Assembly: GCA_019695375.1 (NCBI GenBank)
Contig: JAIBAC010000002.1
Coordinates: forward strand, 700 to 64,699
Length of the DNA stretch: 64,000 bases
Reading direction: 5' to 3'
Source: Acidimicrobiia bacterium
GTDB taxonomy: Bacteria; Actinomycetota; Acidimicrobiia; UBA2766
The position numbers and the translations under genes were made by a program. Positions within the stretch are counted from its first letter, which is position 1. Every line of letters starts with the position of its first letter. Below the pieces are notes generated by a model. It was not told the origin of the DNA. It saw nothing but the letters and a program-made list of their open reading frames with translations, and made no database searches. Below, in pieces: positions 56,571 to 64,000 of the stretch.

Positions 56571-57767
56571 TCAGGTCCGTGCGGCGAGGAGCGGGACGAC
56601 CGCTTCGGCCGCAGTGAGGCTGCCGTGGTGGCCGATGAGCTCGGCTTGGCGCGGGTCGACGCGGCGGCAGAACACGCCGCCCTCGCCGTGGTAGGCCGCC
56701 ACGACATCGCCGATGCGGTTGCGGGCCTCGGGGCCGGCGTGAGGCCCGAACCAGCCTGCTGCGATCGCGTCGGCACCGCGCAGCACCCAGGCCACCTCAC
56801 CGAGGCGCTCGGACCATGCGTCGAGCACATCGCCGGCTGCACCATCACGGGCGTAGACATGGCGGAAGCGAGGTTCGCCGCCGAGGGCGCGGACGCCGCC
56901 GGCGAGGGCAGCGTCGTCGTCGACGTCTATGCGGCCCTCCGCCACGTCGACCATCCCGTGGTCGCCGGTCACGAGCAGCACCGATCCCGCAGGCAGCTCG
57001 TCACGAAGACGCGCTGCCACGGCGTCGACCGCGGCGAGGGCGGTGACAGCGTCCTCACCATCGATGCCGCTTCCGTGCGCGGCGTGGTCGAAGCGTGGGT
57101 CGTAGGCGTAGACGAGCGCCCGGTCACCCTCTCCGAGGGCGGCCGCGACGAGCTCCGGGATCTCGTCAGGTGAGTCCCAGCCGGCGTAGTTGCCACCACG
57201 GAGAGCGGCACGCGTGAGGCCGCTGTCGGAGAAGCGGCGGTCCGACACGGTGGTGGTGGCCACGCCTGCCGCGACGGCGCGCTCGAACACCGTCCGGTTC
57301 GCCTGGAGCTGCTCCGGTACGAGGCGGCGGACGAGCGTGTTCGACTTCGACTCGCCGTAGCGGTTGAACCGGATCAGGTTGACGACCGCGCCGACCTCAC
57401 GCATCCACGCCGTGTAGCCGACGACGCCGTGGCGGCCCGGTGCCGTGCCCGTCCCGAACGACGTGATGCTCGTGGCCGTCGTCGACGGGCAGCACGTGTC
57501 GATCTGCCGGCTACCGGTCTCGGCGCGCATCGCCGCGAGCGTCGGTGCGACGTCGCGGTGGTGTTCGACGACGTCGCTGCCGAGACCGTCGGCGAGCAGC
57601 ACGCAGACCCGCTCGCACGTGCCGAGGGACTCACGCAGGGCCAGCGGATCTGCCGTGGAGTCGTGAGGATCCACCAGCGCGAGCGCCGATGGGAGGACCT
57701 CTGCCAGGGTCCCGCGACCGTAGGCGGGCAGCCGCGGCCCGGGCACGGAATCGGAGGACGCCACCAC
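56571..57767 (-). CDS. Alkaline-phosphatase-superfamily protein (type I phosphodiesterase/nucleotide pyrophosphatase-like)
   Basis: LLADGLGSD ... GDHGM metal-ligand motifs typical of the AP superfamily. Confidence 0.65.
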   Translation of the reverse strand: MVASSDSVPGPRLPAYGRGTLAEVLPSALALVDPHDSTADPLALRESLGTCERVCVLLADGLGSDVVEHHRDVAPTLAAMRAETGSRQIDTCCPSTTATSITSFGTGTAPGRHGVVGYTAWMREVGAVVNLIRFNRYGESKSNTLVRRLVPEQLQANRTVFERAVAAGVATTTVSDRRFSDSGLTRAALRGGNYAGWDSPDEIPELVAAALGEGDRALVYAYDPRFDHAAHGSGIDGEDAVTALAAVDAVAARLRDELPAGSVLLVTGDHGMVDVAEGRIDVDDDAALAGGVRALGGEPRFRHVYARDGAAGDVLDAWSERLGEVAWVLRGADAIAAGWFGPHAGPEARNRIGDVVAAYHGEGGVFCRRVDPRQAELIGHHGSLTAAEAVVPLLAART

Positions 57768-57904
57768 GGCGGCAGGGTAGCGGTCCCGTCGAGGTGGGCC
57801 TTAGACTGACGCACCGCTCGCTGGCTCCAGCTACTGCACCGCAGCCGGCACCGGGTGCCTGCGGTCCGTGCGGTCCGGACCCCTCAGTCCCAAGGAGTTC
57901 TCCG

Positions 57905-58540
57905 ATGCACGTAGGGATTCTCGGTGGCACCGGACCTGCAGGGCGAGGTGTGGGAGTCCGCCTCGCACTCGCCGGTCACGATGTGCTGCTGGGCTCGCGC
58001 TCGCCTGAACGTGCGGTCGGGATCGCCGACGAGCTCGGGATGTCCAACATCAAAGGCGGCGGCAACTTCGATGCCGCGTCGTTCGGCGATGTCGTGGTCC
58101 TCGCTGTGCCGTGGGAGGCTGCCATGCCGACCGCGGTCGAGGTCGAGAACGCCGCCCGCGGCAAGGTTCTCCTCTCGATGGCGAACGCGGTGGCGTTCAT
58201 CGGGGGCAAGCCGGAGCCGGTGGTGCCGTCATCGGGTTCGATCGCGCTCGGGATCCAGGCGCGGCTGCCGACCGTGCGCGTGGTGGCTGCGATGCACCAC
58301 GTGCCCGCGAGGTCGTTGGTGGAGACCGACGTGGCGCTCGACTTCGACGTCCTCTGCTGTGGGGACGACCGCGGCGCCCTCGACCGCGTCATGAGCCTCG
58401 TGGATTCGATTCCCGGCCTGCGTTCTGTCGACGCCGGTGGGCTGCACAACGCGTCTGCGATCGAGGCGCTCACGCCACTGCTCATCGGGCTGAACAAGCG
58501 CTATCGCGCCCGGACAGGCGTCCGCATCGTCGGGATCTAG
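57905..58540 (+). CDS. fno: NADPH-dependent F420 reductase (Fno/Npd family)
   Basis: MHVGILGGTGPAGRGVGVRLALAGHDVLLGSR. RBS AAGGAG lies 8 nt upstream. Confidence 0.8.
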   Translation: MHVGILGGTGPAGRGVGVRLALAGHDVLLGSRSPERAVGIADELGMSNIKGGGNFDAASFGDVVVLAVPWEAAMPTAVEVENAARGKVLLSMANAVAFIGGKPEPVVPSSGSIALGIQARLPTVRVVAAMHHVPARSLVETDVALDFDVLCCGDDRGALDRVMSLVDSIPGLRSVDAGGLHNASAIEALTPLLIGLNKRYRARTGVRIVGI

Positions 58541-58568
58541 CTCGACGGTCGCTGTGCCCGCAGCGAGC

Positions 58569-59201
58569 TCAGCGACGGCGTTCGGTCCAGGTGGTCATCC
58601 GGAGGTCCGCTGCGAGGGGATCGGCGAGCGGAGGCGGTGCCAGCGCCCGCGCCGGATCCGGGTGCTCGAGCGCCTCGAGCTCGTCGACGGCGGAGTCGAG
58701 CGCCGCGGCGCGGCGGCGGACATGCTCGCCTGAGCTCACTCCCTCACGGGACGAGTGCAGACCACCCAGATGGGTGGCGGTGACCACGAGCTGGTTCGCT
58801 CCACGCTCGAGGTCGACGACGGCAGCCTCGAGGCGATCGGCCTCGCGGACCTTCAAGTCACCCGCGAGCCGAGATGCCGCCTGCACTTGGAGGCGCACCG
58901 CCGCGGACGCCGCCCTCAACTCGGCGGCGAGGCCCCGCACCTCGTCGGCCAGGAACGTCGGTGCCGCGCACGCGCAGGCGTAGCCGGCCTTCTCCTCGAC
59001 CCGATCGAGGCGACCCGCGAGCCACCAGGTCTGCGAGCCGAGCGCCTGCTGTGGGATGTGCTCCTGGATCCGGCGGGTCGCGCGCCCGGCCTGGCGGCGC
59101 AGCGACCGGAACGAACGTGCGAGACCCCAGAGGACGAGGACCGTGACCAACAGTGTCACGACGACAGCGACGATCCCGATCGCGAGGATGAAGTCGACCA
59201 T
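58569..59201 (-). CDS. Membrane-anchored hypothetical protein
   Basis: N-terminal TM ILAIGIVAVVVTLLVTVLVLWGL, then a coiled-coil-like Ala/Arg/Glu-rich region. Confidence 0.45.
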   Translation of the reverse strand: MVDFILAIGIVAVVVTLLVTVLVLWGLARSFRSLRRQAGRATRRIQEHIPQQALGSQTWWLAGRLDRVEEKAGYACACAAPTFLADEVRGLAAELRAASAAVRLQVQAASRLAGDLKVREADRLEAAVVDLERGANQLVVTATHLGGLHSSREGVSSGEHVRRRAAALDSAVDELEALEHPDPARALAPPPLADPLAADLRMTTWTERRR

Positions 59202-59244
59202 TGGCTCAGGATACGACGAAGCCGCCGCGCTGAACCGCGGTAGG

Positions 59245-59709
59245 TCAGCGATCGGCGCCGCGGAGGCTTCCCGTAGTGGGCGCCGCGCCCGATCCCACCA
59301 GGCAGGCCACCTCGCGGTCGTCGCGGCCGAACGAGTCGGCAGTGGGCGTGAGGTAGGTCACATCGAGCACGGAGTCGGACACATCGCGTCCCACGAACGT
59401 CTTGAACTCCGCCGCGCACACCTCCTGCGCGAAGCTGTCGATCTTCGCCGCGTCATAGGTGTCGCCCTGGTACTGCGCGACGGCGAAGACCTCGTACGCG
59501 TGCTCCTGGTCACAAGGGACCGCGCCCACGTTCGAGACCAGTCCCAGTGACGCGTCCTGTGTGCAGTCCCCGAGGCGGAGATGGAAGATCGAGACGTCGC
59601 CTTGTTCCTTGACCTGTCCCTGTTCGTCCCGCTCCGGCTCGTTCGCGATCGCGCATGCCGTCCCGCCGAGCGTGACGGCGACGAGGACCCCCGCGAGCAG
59701 CTTGCGCAT
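59245..59709 (-). CDS. Secreted cysteine-containing small protein (septum-formation-domain-like)
   Basis: MRKLLAGVLVAVTLGGTACAIA signal peptide. Four conserved Cys. Start at ATG 59709. Confidence 0.45.
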   Translation of the reverse strand: MRKLLAGVLVAVTLGGTACAIANEPERDEQGQVKEQGDVSIFHLRLGDCTQDASLGLVSNVGAVPCDQEHAYEVFAVAQYQGDTYDAAKIDSFAQEVCAAEFKTFVGRDVSDSVLDVTYLTPTADSFGRDDREVACLVGSGAAPTTGSLRGADR

Positions 59710-59746
59710 TGGCCCGCCACGTGGACAGGTGGGCAGGATCGGGTGC

Positions 59747-60205
59747 ATGCGGTTCTTCCTCCTCTGCGTCCACGTCCTGGCAGTCACGGTCTGGATCGGT
59801 GGACAGTTGACGATCGCGATGCTGATGCCGGCGCTGCGCCGCACGGGTCGCGACGAGCCGGAGGGGCGCCGGATCGTATCCGCAGCGGCGCGCCGGTTCC
59901 AGCCATTGGCCTGGGGCGCGTTCGTGCTCCTGCTCTTCAGCGGTCTCGCACTGATCATGGAGACGCCGGCAGGAGGCAGCCTCGGCAGGGCCTTCGCCGA
60001 GAAGATGGTGTTTGTCGTCGTGAGCGCGGCCGCCGCCGCCGTGCACGCCCTCGGGACCGGTCCGCGAGTGAGGCGGGCAGCCGCGGCGGGCAAACCGGCG
60101 AGCGCACGCAGGCTCGCGGTTGCCGGCGCGGTCGTGTCGGTCATCGGGCTCACGGCCGCCGTCGTCGCGATGGGCTACGGCATCTACCTGGTGACCGGCG
60201 CCTAA
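59747..60205 (+). CDS. Integral membrane hypothetical protein (four TM segments)
   Basis: MRFFLLCVHVLAVTVWIGGQLTIAMLM... hydrophobic helices. Confidence 0.45.
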   Translation: MRFFLLCVHVLAVTVWIGGQLTIAMLMPALRRTGRDEPEGRRIVSAAARRFQPLAWGAFVLLLFSGLALIMETPAGGSLGRAFAEKMVFVVVSAAAAAVHALGTGPRVRRAAAAGKPASARRLAVAGAVVSVIGLTAAVVAMGYGIYLVTGA

Positions 60206-60238
60206 GCTCTGCCGGGGCGGGGCAGACCAACTGAGAAC

Positions 60239-61162
60239 ATGCAGGCCCCCACACCCCCGCGACCCCCGCTCTTCCCACCGCCCCCGGCTGCGGGCGACGG
60301 CCGTGAGAGCTCTGCGCCGGATGCTGTACCCAGCGGCCCGCAGGCCCTCGACGGCGGGCGGCTCGGTCCTCCCACCCCGCCGCGCCAGCCCGCGCCGCCG
60401 TCACCCGACCGCTTTGCGGCCATGGACACGAGTTGGTACGGAGCCACGAGCGAGATGCCGCGGTCTCAGGCGGCGTCGCTGCCGGCGCCACCGTCACCAA
60501 ACGCATCGGCGTCCCCGCCCGCGTCCCATGAGTCCCCATTGGTGGCGCGGTACCGGGCGTCGGCGGGGGACAAGTCCGCCACGGACAAGGCCGCGGCGGC
60601 CACGTCATCGCGGAAGCGCCCCTCACGCGGTGCCGTGGTCGCCTGGATCGCGGGGGGCACGGTGGTGGTCGTCGGGGTGATCGTGGCAGCCGTTCTGTAC
60701 CTGACGGCCGGTGGTGACAAGCTCGCGCCGGCACCGGACGAGGCCGCCACGATCCTGCCGACCCGTGTCACCGGGATGTCGGTCGAGCTCGACAAGCACC
60801 CCGGGGTCCTCGCCAACGTCCCCTACCGCCGCGACGGAGCGACCATCGTGGTCACCGACCCGAAGCAGGCGGACAACGGGGGCTACGCGGCGGCAGTCGT
60901 GCTCGACCCCGCAGCCACCCGTGGAACCGACTTCGCAGCATCGTTCGAGACGGGGCTGCGATCGGACGGCAAGGTCGGCGAGTTCTCCGACACGGTCTTC
61001 GACGCCGTGCAGCTTCGCACCGCCGAGATCAGCGGTACCTCCGACATGACGCGTGTCTGGTGGTACCAGCCCTACCGCGACGCGGTCGTCGTCGTGTACG
61101 CATCGGACGAAGCCACAGGCCGGCGCATCGTCGAGGCGCTGGTGGAGCGCAACACGACCTGA
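60239..61162 (+). CDS. Proline-rich N-terminus, single TM, extracytoplasmic domain, hypothetical
   Basis: PPRPPLFPPPPAAGD... TM VVAWIAGGTVVVVGVIVAAVLYL. Confidence 0.45.
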   Translation: MQAPTPPRPPLFPPPPAAGDGRESSAPDAVPSGPQALDGGRLGPPTPPRQPAPPSPDRFAAMDTSWYGATSEMPRSQAASLPAPPSPNASASPPASHESPLVARYRASAGDKSATDKAAAATSSRKRPSRGAVVAWIAGGTVVVVGVIVAAVLYLTAGGDKLAPAPDEAATILPTRVTGMSVELDKHPGVLANVPYRRDGATIVVTDPKQADNGGYAAAVVLDPAATRGTDFAASFETGLRSDGKVGEFSDTVFDAVQLRTAEISGTSDMTRVWWYQPYRDAVVVVYASDEATGRRIVEALVERNTT

Positions 61163-61184
61163 GTCGGGCCGCGCGGCCACCCCC

Positions 61185-61417
61185 GACGTGGGGACGTGAA
61201 ACGTCCTGTGACGCCGATCTGCGTCCCCACGTGGACGGGCGGTGCGGACGTGGGGACGTGAAAGGGCCTGTGACGCCGATCTGCGTCCCCACGTGGACGG
61301 GCGGTGCGGACGTGGGGACGTGAAAGGGCCTGTGACGCCGATCTGCGTCCCCACGTGGACGGGCGGTGCGGACGTGGGGACGTGAAACGTCCTGTGACGC
61401 ACGCTCGCGTCCCCACG
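61185..61417. repeat. Tandem array of four 62-bp hairpin units, same family as 44370..44570, with loop variants
   Basis: Units start at 61185, 61247, 61309 and 61371. Shared stem GACGTGGGGACGTG/CGTCCCCACGT. Copies 2 and 3 are identical. Copies 1 and 4 differ in the loop. Lies between convergent genes and abuts the proS stop. Confidence 0.85.
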
Positions 61418-62833
61418 TCAGTACGCGCGGGCGACGTATGCGACGAGACCGTCGTCGGGCGTGTCGGCTCCGGGTACCCCGCCGTCGGGTGACACCAGGC
61501 AGCGGACCGTGTAGCCGGCTTCGGCGATCGTCGCCTCACCCGCCTCTCCGAGGGACGACCACGCGATGCGGGTGAACCCATCGGCGCCGCCGTCGAGGAC
61601 TGCATCGGGGCCGTCCCCATCGCGGGTCTCGGCGTCGCGGCGCGCCGTCGTCTCCGCGAGCAGGCTCGCCTGCACGTCGTCGAGCAGCCGGACCACAGCG
61701 GCACCTATCCCGGAGCGGGGATGTGAGGCCTTCTCGCCGGTGTCGCGGCGCACGACCGTCACAGCAGCCTGCTCGACGTCACGTGGGCCGAGCTCGAGGC
61801 GCACGGGAACACCCTTGATCTCCCAGTCCGTCGCGCGTCGACCGAAGCCCGTGTGCGTGTCGTCGTCCAGGCGGCTGCGCACACCTGCCGCTTCGAGTTC
61901 TGCGTGGAGCTCACGAGCGTCGGCGGCGACCTCGTCGCGGATGGCGATCACCACTGCCTGCACCGGTGCGACACGAGGTGGCAGCCGCAGCCCGCGATCG
62001 TCTCCGTGGGTCATGATCAGTGACCCGACGACGCGCGTGGACACACCCCACGACGTCGTGTGGCAGTGAGCGAGTTGCCCGTCGGTGTCGCTGAAGGTGA
62101 TGTCGAAGGCACGCGCGAAGTTCTGGCCGAGGTAGTGGCTGGTGCCCATCTGCAGCGCCTTGCCGTCACGCATGAGGCCCTCGAGCGTGTAGGTGAGCTC
62201 GGCGCCTGCGAAGCGCTCGGCAGCGGTCTTGCGCCCGAGCACGGGGTTCATGGCGAGGGTGTCATGCATCAGGTCGTAGTAGACGCGATGCATCCGCAGC
62301 GTCTCCTCGACCGCCTCCTCGCGGGATGCGTGAGCGGTGTGCCCTTCCTGCCACAGGAACTCGCTCGTGCGCAGGAACAGCCGCGGGCGGAGCTCCCAGC
62401 GCACCACGTTTGCCCACTGGTTGAGCAGGAGCGGGAGGTCGCGGTGGGACTGGATCCAGCGGCTCATGCAGTCGCCGATCACTGTCTCCGACGTCGGGCG
62501 GACCGCGACCGGCTCGCCGAGCTCGGCGCCACCACCGTGGGTCACGACCGCGAGCTCGGGGCTGAACCCCTCTACGTGATCAGCCTCGCGTTCGAAGAAC
62601 GGCATCGGGATGAACAGAGGGAAGTATGCGTTCTCGTGACCGGTCTCCTTGATGCGCGAGTCGAGGTCGGCCTGGATCCGCTCCCAGATCGCGTACCCCC
62701 ATGGCCTGATCGTCATGGTGCCGCGCACAGGGCCGTTCTCAGCGAGCTCGGCCTTTGCGATCACGTCCTGGTACCAGCGAGGGAAGTCCTCGGACTGCGG
62801 TGTCAACACCGGCTGCTTGCTCATCGGAGCCAC
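61418..62833 (-). CDS. proS: Prolyl-tRNA synthetase, archaeal/eukaryotic-type (class IIa, no editing insertion)
   Basis: RPWGYAIWERIQADLDSRIKETGHENAYFPLFIP ... 471 aa with a C-terminal zinc-binding-like domain. Confidence 0.9.
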   Translation of the reverse strand: MAPMSKQPVLTPQSEDFPRWYQDVIAKAELAENGPVRGTMTIRPWGYAIWERIQADLDSRIKETGHENAYFPLFIPMPFFEREADHVEGFSPELAVVTHGGGAELGEPVAVRPTSETVIGDCMSRWIQSHRDLPLLLNQWANVVRWELRPRLFLRTSEFLWQEGHTAHASREEAVEETLRMHRVYYDLMHDTLAMNPVLGRKTAAERFAGAELTYTLEGLMRDGKALQMGTSHYLGQNFARAFDITFSDTDGQLAHCHTTSWGVSTRVVGSLIMTHGDDRGLRLPPRVAPVQAVVIAIRDEVAADARELHAELEAAGVRSRLDDDTHTGFGRRATDWEIKGVPVRLELGPRDVEQAAVTVVRRDTGEKASHPRSGIGAAVVRLLDDVQASLLAETTARRDAETRDGDGPDAVLDGGADGFTRIAWSSLGEAGEATIAEAGYTVRCLVSPDGGVPGADTPDDGLVAYVARAY

Positions 62834-62920
62834 AGTATGGCAGCCGTCCAGTCGCGCCCGGCTGCGCTGTGACGACGCTTTCCGTGAAAGCCTGGCCCTC
62901 CGCGGTGCCGATGAGAACCC

Positions 62921-63172
62921 ATGAGCACCGAACGTCGATGGCCGCGTGGCCGCAACCGGGTCGCGGCCGGAGCGCTCGTGTCGGTCTGCCTCCTGGCGGG
63001 GTGCGCCGGCACGGCGAGTCCGTCACAGCAGCCGCAGCAGCCGCAGCAGCAGCAGGAACCGCAACAGGTCGGAGGGATGCCTGGAGCGGTGCAACGTGCG
63101 GGTGAGGTCAGAGATCAGACCAACCAGCACACCGAGGACCTCGAGGACCAGATCGAGACCTACGGCAAGTGA
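62921..63172 (+). CDS. Small putative lipoprotein with poly-Gln/Pro linker
   Basis: LVSVCLLAGCAG lipobox. QQPQQPQQQQEPQQ. Confidence 0.35.
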   Translation: MSTERRWPRGRNRVAAGALVSVCLLAGCAGTASPSQQPQQPQQQQEPQQVGGMPGAVQRAGEVRDQTNQHTEDLEDQIETYGK

Positions 63173-64000
63173 CTCCGGACAGCCGCATGCGCTGGTGCTC
63201 CCCCCATCAGGGCAGCGACGAGAGCGTCGTTCATGCTCAGCGATGCGGCGATCTCCCGCGCCGCCTCGCCGAGCCGGGTCGGGATGGCGTCGGGACCGGG
63301 GGTGAACTCGACGCAGGCAAGGGTCAACACCATCCCGAGGCGGTTCTCGGTCCCGGAGTAGAGCTCCGCGGCCTCGATCAGAGCCCTCCGTGGTGAGTCG
63401 GATGTCGTGAAGGCGGTGACGAGCAGTTCCCCAGCCGGCAGGGAAGGCCGTGTGCCCCCTGCGGCGGAGTCGCGGAAGACGGCGTCGAGGTCCATCACGG
63501 GCTCGACGCCGAGCACGCCCGTGAGCATCGCGAGGCCCGGCACCGAGCGCGAGACGAGGTTCGCGGCGCCGAGTGAGATCGCGCTGTCGACGGCCTCGAG
63601 GCTCGCGGTGTACGCCTCGCGCAGCTCGAGGCGCATCGCGTGGCCCAGTGAGCGCCACCAGGCCGACAACGCCCGGTCGAACGGTGTGGTCCTCGCGGCG
63701 AGCGCCTCGCGGCTGCGCTCGAGGCCGCGGCGCCGCCCGCGCTCGTCGCCGCGGGCAGCGGCCAGCGCTGCGTACGCCGCCCAAATCGGGCCCATCTCGT
63801 GGTTGGGCTCGTCGCGTCTCACGTCGATCGCGGCGGCGAGGGCTTCCTCCATCCGCGCCCAGCGACCACCGAGGAACGCGGCGGTCACCTCCGTGCGCAC
63901 GCAGCGGGGCACCTGGTCGAGAAGGCCGCGGCTGTCGAGCCATGCGCGCAGCTCCGTGAGCGTGTCCAGGCACTCGTCGTAGCGATCGGCGCGCTCGAGC
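63160..64000 (-). CDS. Hypothetical protein, N-terminus runs beyond the window end
   Basis: Frame with protein-like composition (…DALVAALMGGAPAHAAVRSHLP*). The competing frames are Arg-rich artefacts. Confidence 0.35.
   Translation of the reverse strand, partial: LERADRYDECLDTLTELRAWLDSRGLLDQVPRCVRTEVTAAFLGGRWARMEEALAAAIDVRRDEPNHEMGPIWAAYAALAAARGDERGRRRGLERSREALAARTTPFDRALSAWWRSLGHAMRLELREAYTASLEAVDSAISLGAANLVSRSVPGLAMLTGVLGVEPVMDLDAVFRDSAAGGTRPSLPAGELLVTAFTTSDSPRRALIEAAELYSGTENRLGMVLTLACVEFTPGPDAIPTRLGEAAREIAASLSMNDALVAALMGGAPAHAAVRSHLP

Overview
High-GC actinobacterial chromosomal segment with about 65 tightly packed, often translationally coupled genes and no tRNA, rRNA, transposase or CRISPR array. 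Many long opposite-strand ORFs in the six-frame track are GC-driven artefacts and were not called. Core content includes glutamine synthetase II (partial), glnE, glutamine-dependent nadE, a sigR/rsrA-type ECF sigma and anti-sigma pair with a GGAAT-N18-GTT promoter, two tandem WS/DGAT wax-ester synthases, an archaeal-type prolyl-tRNA synthetase, F420-related enzymes (Fno, a PPOX-class protein, an FrhB-like protein), two TrkA genes divergent from an APC-family transporter, NhaA, a ClC channel, an MFS transporter with TetR, and several two-component and one-component regulators. Most unusual is a padR-herA-sbcD(mre11)-sbcC(rad50)-nurA gene string, which matches the archaeal DNA end-resection operon. 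Also unusual is a four-gene operon with a His/Asp-rich tail membrane protein, a small membrane protein carrying an SGAT flavinylation-like motif, ApbE flavin transferase and a ferric-reductase-like di-haem membrane protein, placed next to a divergent OmpR/histidine-kinase pair. Another is an operon with overlapping stop and start codons: class-V aminotransferase, a 555-aa unknown protein, a DUF2332 protein and an LmbE-like deacetylase. A 62-bp hairpin-forming tandem repeat family (MIRU/VNTR-like) occurs at two loci. A pair of ~103-bp nested-palindrome repeats flanks a DUF2510 gene.
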